From contig CP075492.1 in the NCBI GenBank assembly GCA_021613535.1, positions 7,440,001 through 7,504,000 of the forward strand: 64,000 bases of DNA, written 5' to 3'. Positions 32,655 to 47,152 of the stretch are shown here, piece by piece (the stretch's first letter is position 1; each line of letters begins with the position of its first letter). The notes below the pieces were generated by a model. It was not told the origin of the DNA, ran no database searches, and saw only the letters and a list, made by a program, of their open reading frames with translations. The position numbers were made by a program, and so were the translations under genes. The stretch comes from Adineta vaga (lineage: Eukaryota; Animalia; Rotifera).

Positions 32655-33958
32655 GATATATATATATATATATATAAAGAGAGAGAATGTGTGTAAGATA
32701 TTTAAGTCAAAGAGAGGATATGATTGCAAGAGTTTAGTTCTATTATGAATTCTCTTCAGTTTTTCTCTGTATGATGCATGTTCGTATGTGTATGTGCGCG
32801 TGTTTCTCTTCACACACACACACACACGCATATTTTTTTCTCTCATCAGTTATTTATTGCTTGAAAGGCAACAGTTTAATTAGGAGACAACCGGAGTAGT
32901 AGGAGAATAGAAAATAGAGGAGCAGAAAATTGTTGTTTGCAAAGGAACTATCTATGAATATTGATTTAGTCGTACAATAGCCTACTCACTAGATCTCATC
33001 TATCTATCTTTTTATACAACTAATTTTCTACTAATAATTCATTTCAATATCTTCTCATCATTTTTCTTTTTTTTTTGAATCTAATTTGCATCTGTTAGTT
33101 CTGCTTCTACTATTATTATCATTAGTAGGCCTTTTGCGCACTATTCCACTACTCCTACTATCACATCGATATTCTATTAGTGTGCCATTGACAGTCACAT
33201 CCATGCACAAAAAAAAATCAGTCATTCATTTCGTTTCCAATAGACTAAAGATTTATAAGATAGAATTTTTTTTCTAATTTCCGCCCGTTATTCATCTTCG
33301 TCTTCTTCAATGGCATTATTGTCTGCATCTGTTTCTTTGGTCTTTTCTTTCTCGATTTACGTATGTTGTGACGCAATCATTTCAGAAAAGAATGGTAAGG
33401 GAAAAAAAAGAAAGAAGAAAAAAAACTAACTTAACTACCTGTTAATATATAGAAATATTTAGACAAAGATATAATGAAGATTTGTCGATGATTTGAATCC
33501 AAATAATATCAAATATGTATATCTTGTCTTCCTGTTTTATTGCTCATGCGTGCCAATGGATATATTTATATCTAGAGCAATGACACAACTCGAGTTCGAT
33601 AATCACGATAATAATGAGGGATGTTGCTTATGGCTGAAGAGGAACAGCCTGGTCGGACGCTAGTTGGATGAAGAGAAAAATGTACCGTGCTCTTCTTCTT
33701 CTGCTTCTTCTTCGATCCTTTTACTCGTCGCATTTTTTGCTTTACTCTTCATCTCACACACACATACATGAAGAGAACTGCGACTTTCTCTGCCGCCGTC
33801 GTTGATGCTGTTACTGTGAGTTTTTTCATCATTTCTTTACCGCTAGAAAAGAAGAACAGAAACGAAAGAGAAAGAGAGCGAGAAAGACAGACAGACAGCA
33901 AAGAAGATTTTGCCATCTTTCTTTCTCTCTCTCTCTCTCTCTCTCTCTGCCTCTCCCT
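32655..33958. repeat. Microsatellite-rich non-coding region upstream of DGK: (TA)n, (CA)n, (CT)n/(GA)n
   Basis: (TA)n ~32655-32677, (CA)n ~32811-32827, GA-rich ~33864-33900, (CT)n ~33924-33948. Confidence 0.85.
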
Positions 33959-36157
33959 CTTTTTCTGCTATGTTGTTGTTGTTTGTGTGATCCTGATGAC
34001 GATTGCAGCGACAGAGGCAATGTTAGTGGTAGTGATAATGTTGATAGTAGTACTCCCCCACACAGATAAACACTAAGATTTTTTTCTTTTAGGGGAAAAT
34101 ATTCTCATTGACCTTGAACTTTTGTTTCACATTAAGGGATTCGAACGTATGCAATTGTTTTTTTCTCGATGAATATATCGATGATAAATTAGCTATTAAA
34201 AACAGGAGTTTGTAATAAAAACAATCTGGTGCTCGTGCATCCCAAAGGCATAATTCATTATCATCAAAGATAGATAAAGAAATCTTCTATTGGTCATTCA
34301 TGATTAAATCATGATTTTACAATACAAAAGAAATGGAAATTGTTACGAATGAAGAGAAATTCATTGATCTATATCACTGAGTATTTAATTTAGTAAAAAA
34401 ACTAAAAAACAATCATTGTAATGTAAATATTAATTTACACTTAAAAATAGAATCATTATGACGTCGAAGACGGATGAAAAGGAAGTAGAAGAATGAGAAA
34501 ATCTGAAATCTAGGAAACTAAATTCTTAAATATAATGTTTAATATGACAAAGACAAACTAATTTCTGTCTTGTTTCTTTATGGTGAATAGATGTTTTCTT
34601 GTCACTTGAAGAGATAGAATTACTTGTCTTGTTCAATTCAAAATGATAATGTTGTTGGTATATATTTGACAGATATAGCAGAAAAAAAGGAAATCATCAA
34701 TCATTATTAATTTACTTGAGATCTTACACGCTGTCTAATCGTATGGATATGTATCGTCGAGTTTTCTTTTTGTTACTAAAAGAATTATCCTCTCGCTGTG
34801 ATTATTTGATTCAGTCGATTCAATTTGAACGCAAATCTAGTCTTCTTGTGCTTCTGTCTTAAAAGTGATTTCCGCCTTTAGCTATTCAATAACAATAACA
34901 ATGACAACACAAGAGTTCAATCGTAATAAAGGAAAAGATGGAATACAGGGAAGAAGTGGGTGGGATTTGAGAAAATAGTCCATTATCTATTTTACTGCCT
35001 CATTCAACAACATTCGATACATGTGTGTATAAAAATGCGTATGAGCACACTAAGCTTTCCTTTTCACCACTTAGATTGAGAGAACAAAGAAGAAGAAAAG
35101 ACGACGACGACATACGCTGAGATGATTCTGTTTCTAGTTTAGGTAAATAACTGGTTATTTTCCATGAAGACATAGGTTATGCTGAACCGAATCAACTGCA
35201 AATATTATATATATATATATATATACGAAATATTCTCATTAATTCTAAATGGTTGCATTCCATGAGTCTTGACCGGAACAAATACGTAAATATAGCTAAA
35301 CTTTATAATCATCATAATATTTATTAGAATATCAAAAATATATTTTCTATAGGATAGATATACAGATACTTAAAAGAAAAAAATGAATGTTATTGTGTTC
35401 GTAGAAAACGAATCAATAATGAAAACAAAAGCTCATAAAATGTACTTTTGGATTAATCCTAATGGAACCATCTTAGTATGAGCTTCAACTTTTACTAGCG
35501 TTGCTTATTACAAACACTGTTACATAAAGACATATCATTGAACTATGACCTTATGGTAGATGTCAAACAAAATTCTATCCATAAAATCGTGTACTCTACT
35601 TTCTTTTGTAAACATTGTGAATATTCACAAAAGTGAATAAATAGGGAAATGAGGAAAGGAAATAGTTTATATCTGTATATTTTCATATTTTAATTGAATA
35701 TGTTTTGCTCTGTGATTAAAAGCACATCCTAACTATATTAAAAAGTCATTTGAAATGTTGATTTAGTTATCCACTAATTCATGGTAGAAATATGTTAATA
35801 TATTATTTATAGACTAAGCATAAAACGTTCTTTGGGTACATGATTTTCACTATGATTATCTCATAAAGCAAATTATCGAGTTAAATACATCAAAATGATC
35901 AGATTCATCAATTAATATTGTATTCATTCGAATATTAAAACCATTTTCTCGTATAATAAATGTATGAACATATATAATGAAGAAGGAACAAAAGAAAACA
36001 GACGTTACACATTCGATGTGTCACTAACAACGAATCAATACTATCGAGAGAGATAGAGAATTATTTATAGAAATAATCAACATATATAATAATAACAATA
36101 AAGACACAAATTTGGCACGCATAATTCATCATAATCTGACAGAAATAAATACATATA

Positions 36158-39100
36158 TCAAGCGTCAAGTCGAAGTTTGTCTCCATGAACAAATACTCCA
36201 TGATTAGTTGGACATTCAAAGTAGACATGCCCTTCGACTGTACCATTATTTTTACCTAGGATGAGAAATTTTTATTTTTGATTATTGAAAAGACTTTAGC
36301 CGACTTACCAAGTGGTTCTCGAAGCTCAACCCCATACCACTTTCCTTTTTTTCCTTTGATTTCACCAGCATATCTTATGATACCTGACTTTTCAACAACA
36401 GAACGACCTGTATTAACAATCACTTGACTTCCAACTAGAAAATTTTCTATTGCACTGTCAACAGTACGATTTGATGTTAATGATGCTGTAGAACCACTTG
36501 CTGATATAGGATATTTTTGGTCTAATTTTCTATCATCATTTTCTTTTTGTTGATCATCATCTATAGATATATCGAGTTTACGGTATATGGTAGGAGATGA
36601 TGTTTGTATCGGTTTTATATCTTGTTGTTCAATGAATGACAAACGTGATTTCACAGTTGGTATAGAACTATTCAATTTCGAATCAGAATTTATTTCAGGT
36701 AGTTTAATTTCTTCACTACAAGTCATTAGTGAAGTGGAAATATTCTATTGAAATAAATTAAACAATAGAAATATGTCAAAAGAAAAGAATATTCAATACA
36801 AACCGGTCGTATTTCATAAGAAGTAATATTAGGTGCACTTGTTGATTTCAAAATGGTTTGTTGTTTTGTAAAATTTTCTAATAATAAAACTTCCTAAAAA
36901 AAACATTTTTCATATTAACTCTATCTAATTTGAAATATGTTTTACTTGTCTTAATCTATCAAGTAGTAGTCGAGCATCAATAGTTGAAGCATGATGAATA
37001 TATTTTTGAATATTCTCTTCCAAAACACATTCCCCATCAGCTGGAATTTGATCTTCAACAGCGTAAAGACTCTTAGGTATATTTGATACAATTTCATAGA
37101 CAACACTCGTTCGTATATATGTTTCCTAACAATAACAAAAGAAAGAAAGAAACAAAAGATTTATTTTTATTGCTATACTTTGAAAAATGGATATCATTCT
37201 TACGTAACCGAGAAAACTTTTTACGAGTTTCCCTGACCACCACTCATCGCTCTTGTTTATTGTTACAGCAATTCGTTTTCGTAGAATAATTTCCATATGA
37301 ATTGGTTCGTTTATGATAACAATAACTTTGACAATCAAATAAATCAATGTACCACTAGGTGTGACTTGATTCCTATAATGCAATAAACATATTCGAACAA
37401 AAGAGAACAGAACAAGAAGATATTTACATCACAGGTAAATTATGTCTTGATGGATCCCATAGAGCAATAGAAGAAATCTAAATACAGCTTATGTATAGAT
37501 CGTAAGATAAGTAGTTAGTTTTGAAAATCAAACCTCATCAGACATATTTTGTATTAATGGTAATTTAATCATTTTAGTTTGATCTTCGTCAGTTAACGTT
37601 GCTTCTACACCAGCACAATCCTTGGTTGGTTTCATTTTAAACGGATCGACATCAAGAAATATTAATGGACGATGAGCCTCGATTACTTGTGGTGGATTCC
37701 AAGCAGCTGGAGAACCTGACAAAACACAAGTTTCTATTCATTCTTTTCTATGATGAATATCTAAACATGTTTCTTTTGCGCATAGGATGAATATTCACAG
37801 AAACGGAGAATATCATTCCTCTATTAACTATTTACCTGGTATTCCACTCAACGATGGTGGAAGAACAGCAATATCCTGTTCTTGAGCTAGTTGTCGAAGT
37901 TCTTCGAGTAAAATATTTTCTTTCTGAATATCATGTGCATTTTTAACTAAATGATTCTATTGATAATTCATATAAAACGAATGTTATTATCTACTTGTTT
38001 GCTGATGTGATGCATTTAATTGAGATTCAGCATGAATTTTACGTTTCTCAATCAAACCTAACCATTGCTGCTTCAACGATTGTAAATCTTCTTCTTGATA
38101 TGAATCTAACTGAACAGGTGCATCTATTTTTCGTGTACTTATCGAACCAATTTCAACCGATCGTATCGTATCAATATGAAATGGTAAAGCATTTGATCGT
38201 GGTAGTAATTTTAGTGTAGTAACAACACGTTTTGATTGACCCTAAGAAAATTGATATAGAAATTTAATTAAAATTTCTATTCTATTACGAAACCTGTTTC
38301 AATCGATAAATGCCACCACTAATAACTCTATCATCAACATCAACTTGAACAGGTTTCCATTCTCCCGTTTCATCCAATTCATGAATTTCAACAATAAATT
38401 GTACATGTCTTTTGACATCTTTCCAACAATTACTTATATAACATACTTTACGAAGTTGTTCATTGTTAGGATCATCATTATCCGATGGCTCATTCGATGT
38501 TGTCTTCGAATTTTGTTGATACCAAATTTCTACAGGAATCGAATTTTCAAGACATGTTGTTCGAAAAGTATCAGTTAAACGAAATGTATACTCCTGTTAA
38601 CCAACAAGAAAGAAAAGGTGAACTATTTCAAAATCGATTTGATCTTACCATTTTATGATCAAACAAAAATGTAGGTGATTTCTGTTTGATTTCTTGATCA
38701 TTCGAACGTTTCAATGAAAGTGCTGTTTGATCTAATTTCGGATTGATGAAAAAATATCGACACAGGACATTCTCTGCGTTCGATTCAGGTAAATCACGTG
38801 CTTCTTTAATTGCAAACTATGATATAGAAAATACACGTAGTTTTTCTTCTTTAATTTTTCATTCAAAATTCACATACTTTGATTGTTGTTTGATCATTTT
38901 TACCATCAAAAATTGTCGATGATTCATCAATACCTTCATCTTCAAAACTATGTTGACTCGTACTACGATTATTCAGACTTTGTTCATCAGCATCTATACT
39001 AATTCCGTCACTCATACTACTACGTGTTGTACTATTAATTTGTAAATCACTTTGTTTCTTCATAACTGGCAATCCTGTTTGATCAAGAGTAACACAGAGT

Positions 39101-39953
39101 GAACCAGATATCTATCATGAGTTTTAAGAAAAATAACATAACTGATCGTTAACTCTAATCTATCTGTACAGTACCTCTCCTTTAATATTAATAATCGGTA
39201 CAATATAATCCAGTTTAGGACTGTAAAATAAAGCTTTTAAATAAATATTTGCAACTCCTATTAGATTTTCGGGTTCTTTGTCATAAAACGGATTCATTCG
39301 TTTCAATAATTCATTCTAAATTGTGAATAAAACAGAAGATATTTTTCGACTATAAAAAATTATTCTTACTTTATTTTCCGATATTTTCCATTGTTGATAA
39401 ATCTTTCGCATTTCATGTAACTTGAATTCAAATTTTTCTATATTCCATATTTGTGGTGTCGAACCTCCTCGGTTAACTTGAATAGCGGGTGCGCATAAAT
39501 TGTTGATCATCTAAAAAACGTAATCAAAAGAAAATGTTAAATTTTGAAATTTAATTAGAACATACACGTTCGTTTGGTTTTAAATATGAGACAGATGTTT
39601 GTAGAGTAGCAATATAAATGACATGACGTTGCATTTCAGTTGAAATGGTATTTGCTTCACATGTAAGTGAAAAAATACGTTGAAATTCTTGTTTAAGTTG
39701 AGTAGAAAATGTTTGTAATTCCAATTGATCAGTTCGAAGTTTATTGGCTAAACGCCATTGAGAAAATGTTGAATTTGCATACTTTTTATTTCGACGCATT
39801 AATTGTATCCGAAGATTTTCAATTTCTTCATACATATCATATGTCCCTGAAGTGAGAATGTAGAAATTCAAAAGTATTTTACCATTTTCAATTACTCGAT
39901 TCGTCTGACTTTAAGTCCGCTTGACCGTGTCGATGATCTTGAGATGAGCTCAT
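36158..39953 (-). CDS. KIF13-like kinesin-3 stalk/tail protein with C-terminal CAP-Gly domain; no motor domain in the window
   Basis: CEANTISTEMQR..YIATLQ, PQIWNIEKFEFKLHEMRKIYQQWK, NPFYDKEPENLIGVANIYLKALFY..LDYIVPIINIKGE match the KIF13 stalk; CAP-Gly GIIRYAG...WYGVEL..PLGKNNGTVEGHVYFECPTNHGVFV; stop 36158-36160. Confidence 0.85.
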
Positions 39954-40243
39954 GTCTACTGTTAGTTTTCGTTTTGTTTCAAAATACAGATGAGTATATT
40001 AGACGGATTAAAGTGTGGAATTTCCAATGAGTAAAAATGTGACTAAATTCTTTTTATCAACGTGACGTTGAGATAAAACAAGGTTGGTTTAAAAATATAA
40101 CCAATAAAATAAAGTTCAAGTATGATTCATTCTTTTCTCTCTCACCTGTAGGTAGATAAAAAATTCATCTTTTTTGTTTTTTCATTTTTATGTTTTAAAA
40201 TCAGATCGTGTGCCTTCAGAACTATCTTGTATCGTGAGAGATA

Positions 40244-43200
40244 ATGGAAACATTTGAATTTCAAACACGTGCACTTTACGACTTTGCTGCTGAAAATTCC
40301 AATGAACTTAGCTTTAATGCAGGTGACATATTGACAATAACATCAGCAACTGATGGACAAGCGTGGTGGTAAGATAATATCTTTCTTCATTTTCATATCA
40401 TGCTTTCATATATATATATAAACACGAAGGTATGCACGGAATGCTGCTGGGCAGGTTGGTGCTATTCCTGCAAACTATATTGAAGTGATCAATAGTACGT
40501 CTGAACCGTCATTAGATACAAATATATATGATAATATCAATGGTGATTCTACAAATAGTTCTGTTAATCAATCATCTGAACAAACAATACATGAACAACC
40601 ATCCCAACAACATTCCGATTTAGCAGATGATATAAATTGGTTTTCAAATGAATTCCCTTCACAACCAGCCGATCAACAAAATGTAAGGGATATCATATGT
40701 TCTTAATCATGTCTAAACTATTTATTATATTGCTTTCTTTTCAGTTACCGAATGAACAAGAAGTTAGTTTTGATAGTTCGTTCGATTCTACATCACCAAC
40801 AGCAGTATATCAAAATTCATCAAATCTTCTATCCGGAACACAACAAACACCTGATCTATATACACCGGTAGACGATATACCAATACCATTAGAATCACTT
40901 CCAACATCCGTGCTCAATCCATTTGTAACACAAAATCAAACATTCGATCAGCAAGAGACATGGTATCCGAGCTATCCTGAAGCATCAACAACTACTTTAC
41001 CAGAAAATCCTCCTGCAGCATATAATACATTATCTCCATTTGGATATCCACAATTGCCACAGCAGAATACATATGTTAATAATTTTACTTTCCCACCAGT
41101 TACACAACAAGAGGCTGTCTATGAAAATCCACCAATACCTTCGATGACTTCTAATAGAACTGAAACAGCTCCTGCCGTTGTTTCTCCCACACAAACAAAT
41201 AATCTTATGTCTCTAGCTTCACCTCCTCTACCACCACCACCACCAATACCTGCAAAAAATGTTGACAACACTCAAGCATCAACACCAGCATCAGCATCAC
41301 CAAAAGCAAAACCAGAAAAAAGTGGTTTCCTTACTTTAAAACGACAAAAAACAAAAACTGAGCCAGAAAAACGACAATCATTAGTTGAAACTCGTTCTGA
41401 GGTTAGCTTGTTGTACCGACAGATTATTTTGTCTTGAAGGTGATATATATATGTATCTCGTATACGATGATTTTTCTTTTAGCCACCGTCAAATTCAAAA
41501 AAAGATGATAGTGATACCGATGGATTCACCGAGTCAGGTTCTTCATCACATAATACAGTAAGAATATTTTTCTTTGTTTATTGGATTTATTTTTTATTTA
41601 AAAATATAATAGAAAAACCGAAAGATGTAAGTATATTTGTAGTCACTAGAAGTATGTTTACTACACTTCGTTAACAACATAAACTATTCTTATCTGTTTC
41701 TTTTTCGTTATCTAACGTAATGCAAAGCACTTTCTATTGTAATGGTTTCGCTTCTACTAAAATATCTTTTGATATTTTCGTTTCAAAATAAAATACTTCA
41801 TATTTTTGTTTAGTTTTCGACCAAATCAACAGTTGCAGCTAATATAACAATAAAGCAACAGCTAAAGCAAGGTAAATAATTGCATAGGTTATCATTCAGA
41901 TTGAATTAGTTCATTTAAATGTAGATTCTTTGATAAACACGGAATTGATAATTATCTCTTACATGGATGTAAAGTAAAAGGTGATGAACGTGTTGAAATT
42001 GCAGTAAGAAAACAAAACTAAATAAATCGAATAGTTTCTTTATTTTCTTCATTGTTTGAAGTATAACGAAAACGATGGTGGTGTTTATTGGTCAAACAAT
42101 CCTCAGATTCCACCATTTAGTTGTAAAATAGATGATCCAGCTAAAGGAACAAAACTAGGTGGTTTAAAATCATTTATGGAATATAAAATTCATGCACAAG
42201 TAAAACGACAATGATTTTTCAATCCGTTTGTGTTCGTAGCATTATATTATTTAGATTCCTGGAGGTCGAGTTGTCGGTCGACGTTATAAACAATTCGATT
42301 GGTTACATGAACAACTTGTTACTAAATTTCGTTTTGTTTGTGTTCCACCATTACCAGGAAAACAAATTGCAGGTATAGATAAGATACATTTTGAAGATAG
42401 TAGTGATCTAATACATTTATAAATAGGTCGATTTGAAAATGAATTTATTGAAGAACGTCGACGACAACTTGAACTATGGTTAAATCGTATTTGTCGTCAT
42501 CCAGTACTTTGTGCTTCATTTCCAGTACAACATTTTGTCACATGTGACTTAACTGAAAAGAACAATAATGTATGTACGGAAAAAAATATCAAGACTATTA
42601 AATGAAATATAATTCTTCTAGGATTGGAAAGCAGGCAAACGAAGAAGTGAAAAAGATGAATTACGTGAAGCACAATGGCTTCATTGTGTTACTTTTACCA
42701 ATTCGAATTTAACCGAAGCACAAATGTATTTATATCTCTGATTTGTTCTAGAAAACCATATTGTATATTCTATTTAGTGCAACACAACTCGATGTATTTG
42801 CTCAACAACAGCCAGGTTTTGAAACACATTTAAGAAATCTTCATCAAGGATTAACAAAATATCTCGAAAGACACACAGAAATCTATGAACGTGATATGCA
42901 ACGACTTGGAGAATTTTTTTCTAAACTTTTTATGGCTCTGCAAATAGATGTCACAACAGCTGGTAATCAAGAAATTAAGATTTCTTTTCCAATTCTAAAC
43001 CATTTACTCCTTTAGGTAATAAAGAATTATCAACTTCTATGTCAAAAATTGGAGTAGCATTCAATGGAATTGCTGAATTGTATAAAACAAAAGTAATCTT
43101 GAGTTTTTCATATCTCGAAGACAATAATCGAAGTATACGTATATTATTTAGTCAAGTGAAGGTATTCGTGATTTTAATGAACGTATCTATGATTATATTG

Positions 43201-43591
43201 GTATTCTAAGTTGTTTTCCAATGATATTAAGTATTCAACGAGTAAATAAATCTCTTTCTCGTTCTTTCTTTTCTTTGATTCAACTGATTTGATTTAGAGT
43301 GCGTCAGAATTTCTTCGAAATATTCAACAACGTGGTGCAACCGGTACACCAGATTTTGCTGGTATTATACATCGTAGTCAAGTCTTGAATCATGTAGTTC
43401 TAGCAGAAATAAATTTTTTTCAACGAGAAAAAGTTTATGATTTTACTACATATTTAAAACAACTTTTGCATGAACAAATTCAATTCTATGAAAATGTAAA
43501 TTGATTTCATATCTTTACCATTGAATTTTACTGTTTATTCTATTTATAGATTACTGCAGAATTACGTGAAGCGGCAGCTACATTCAATTAA
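40244..43591 (+). CDS. SH3-PX-BAR sorting nexin (SNX9/18/33 family)
   Basis: SH3 [20 protein letters not shown]...WW...[10 protein letters not shown]; [45 protein letters not shown]; [12 protein letters not shown]; BAR C-terminus [11 protein letters not shown]...EQIQFYE. Confidence 0.92.
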
Positions 43592-43828
43592 ATGATTACA
43601 GTGATTTATTTTCTTTTTCTTGTTTTAAATGATTAATAATCAATTCTGTGATTTTTTGTTTTTATTTTTTTTTCATATACAAAATACAACATAAATATCT
43701 TTTTCAAAGACAACTCTATGTACAACATCTGTAATTTCATCTAATATTTAATATATTTTTTTAATTTCACAAAAAACAAAATATATATAGGAAAATCTTT
43801 CATTGAGAACTGGAATATCTGGATTGGT

Positions 43829-46181
43829 TTATGGAATAGTTCGAAAACCTGGCGAACGACTGAACGGTAATAATGATGGAATAAGATGAGAGGATTTAAT
43901 TGATACTGATAAAGTTGATATTTGATCAATAGAATGAAGACTACTTGGTGTTGAACTCATCATCATTGATGCTAAAATATCATCATCTTCTTCAATGATA
44001 TTTTGTCTCTGAAATGACACTGAAAGAGTGCAAAATGAATTTCGTAAATTTCTCTTACATTTTTATCGTGAAAATCATCATTGTCATCTTGATAATCATT
44101 ATAAATCGATTGAATAAACATCGATGAACGTTTTAATACATAAGGATCAAATGGGAAATAAGAATGAAGAAGATGTGATGGTAAAATTGGTGAAATATGA
44201 TCATAATAATCACTAAATGAAAATACTTCTGGTAAGGAATAACGATTATTGATTTCAATAATTGAATAACAAAAAACAATTTGATAATTCCTATTGAACA
44301 GAAAATTAAAACCATCAATTTTAATGGAAATTTCTAATATTACCTCGCCAATCGTGCAAATCCAAGAGTAATAGCAGGTAAACAATATTTCAATGGATTT
44401 AATTCACATGAAATAATACGATTCAATCGCCATTGTAATACTGTTTCCATACCTACAAATTAAGATTGAATAAAAGCCGGAAAATTCATATATTTCTTCT
44501 ACATACCATCAGATAATCGAGCAATTTCTTCATGTCGATAGATAAATATATAGAGTACTGCTTGACAAATAGTATAAAATGGTAAATGACGATTTGAATT
44601 AATACTATTTACTTCTGTTGTACTGATGTAAGTATGTAACCAATCAACCATTGATTGTATTATAGTCAGTACAGATCTAAATAATTGACTGAAGAAGAAA
44701 AAAAGAAGTCAAAAGAATTGTATACTTGATTGAAATATATTTCGCACGAGCAATGAAACTACACAGATAACAAATAGCAGCTTGTCGGAATGTCATGGAA
44801 ACAGATGGTGATACAAATGTTTTCCAACAATTATTAATAAATTCATCACTAAAATCCTGAAATATCAATTGGAAAGACACGATAGCAGTGTAACGTTATT
44901 TGTTAAATCATAACTTACTCGATGAAAACTACAAATATAGAAGATGAGAAATTGTACATGAGATGAATCATGTGTTGGTAAAAGATATTTATTAAAAATA
45001 ATCAATAAATCTTTGAATAATGATTTTGTTTGCTGATAATTCAATTTTCCTAAACATGTTATTTAGAGGTCGTTTTCTATTATCCATTCCGATATTTTAC
45101 CATTTTCATTTGATAATTTTGTTATATATTCAAATAAGATAAACATAGATGAATCGAGTTTATTGGCTTGATCATGTTTCATATCGTTTTCATTTGTTTG
45201 AAGTTGTTCAAGTGAAAATACAAGTTCATTTTCAATAGAAAATCTTTCAGCTTGAACAATATCTTCTCGTGATGCATGTACCTTTATACATTTAAACAGA
45301 CAGGAATCCAAGATCGTTCCAGTTTTTAAACTACTTACATCCATTCGAAGTAATTTCGAAAGAATAATTTCTAAGAATTGTAATCTTTGAATTGGTAAAT
45401 ATGATAATGATCGAAGTAGATTTTGACTATATATCACTTGAATATATTTATCTGTAGTCATAAATGGAAAATATTGTTCAGCAATAGGACATAAAAGAGT
45501 TGATGCTCTAAACAAATGAATTCGTTCTAGTTCTTTATTTTGAATCAATACTAAAACATACAATGGAACAGTAAGAAGTAATTGTTGCAATGTGTCATGT
45601 GCAAAATCATGAATTGATATTTCTGAAAACAAAAAAATGTGTCTGATAAAATACGAATAAGTGTATGTGAAATTTACCGGGCATTGCGAATAGTGTAAAG
45701 AGAAAACTGAGATACCGTTCGGCATGTTTGGTATTACTTGAAATAAGTGTGATTTGAAAAATGCTAAAAGCATCAAGTACTGATTTTGATTGATTTGTCC
45801 AATCGATTTGAAACTAGAATGAGAGATGTTTTATCAAATTTGAATAAAATCAAAACTACGAACTTGAAGAAAATCAAGAAACTGTTCATTCATATGTTCG
45901 AATAGATCAACATGATCATGTAGTTCATCGAATAATTGAATCAAATATCGATCCTGAAGTGTAAAACAGATATATTGTTATGAATTCTTTATCTCAGAGT
46001 TTTGTACTTACATTTGTTTGATTATCTTTAATCGTTGTTGTTAATGTATTATAAAGATATTTTTGTCCCTTTCAAAAAATGAAACATGTGTAGAATATAC
46101 TCCTTCGAAGATGAAAAGACATACTCGATTGAATTGATCGAATGCTTCTTGAATTTGATCAATAAGAAGAGATTCGAGCAT
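43829..46181 (-). CDS. RRN3: RNA polymerase I transcription initiation factor RRN3 (TIF-IA), many exons; start approximate
   Basis: ILSKLLRMDV, HVQFLIFYICS, AAICYLCSFIARAKYI, FYTICQAVLYIFIYRH, LNRIISCELNPLKYC, YFPFDPYVLKRS. Confidence 0.9.
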
Positions 46182-47152
46182 TTGTTTTCTTCTGGAACAG
46201 AATAGAATAAGAACAGTATATCTTGCGTAAGACTTTAGTTCTTCTAAGAAATAATCATTTGTTTAGTGCTGAATGACCTCTGAAAGTTGAGTGCATTTGA
46301 GAAGAATAGATGTCCTGCGTTTGAAGATACGAAATGGAATTTTCAAATTTTGTCTCTTCTAGAGTTCTTTACAGATGTTCAACATTTAGATGGTAATACC
46401 AAAAATTAGTTTTATCTTTCACACTATTTAAAATCATTGTTAACAATTAAGTCACAAATAATTGGGTATTTTTCATAGTTCTATTCAAAAACGAAAACAG
46501 AGACTTGATTTTTTGTACATTGGACCCACTATTCGTTTTCATTCATACATAACTTAATAAATCAAGAGTTTAACAAATTCACAAGATCGCATTGATCAAT
46601 AGACTCTCGTTTAGCTTTACTAAATGCATAACTTTATTCGAACACGGCGATAATGAATACATCATTGAATATAAAACTGCTTTCAGATTTCTCATTCTCA
46701 ATAAAGTAAAGATGTTTACATTGTTCAAAAGAAATGTTCTAATTTCAAGATTAGAATTCTATTTCACACGCGACCTGATACAAATGTGAGCTGATTCGTT
46801 CCACTCGCATCGCATCGCATCTCATACCTTTCCTTCTTTTTACAATTTAAACTCAACGATGACTCATCATTGAACTTAATTGGATTTATTCTTGTCCAAT
46901 CGAAAAAATGTACTATCGCAATATTTATTTTTTGCACTTAAATACCGATATGATATGATATATATTTTTTGTTCTAGAAAACATAACAGTTAATCATCTT
47001 TTGTGTGTTTTTTTCATTAGTATGCATGTTGTCCTTGTCTTTTGAAATGACGATGTCAAGGATAAATGTCGTTCATTTATAATCCTAAATTGTCATTTTT
47101 CGTTTTTGTTTTTTCTATTTAGTTATTAAACAAAAAATAGAAAAACGAAACA

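Noticed and set aside
33687-34076. 129-aa and 63-aa ORFs with ER/LS dipeptide runs
   Set aside because: Translations of GA/CT microsatellites with no domain or coding signature.
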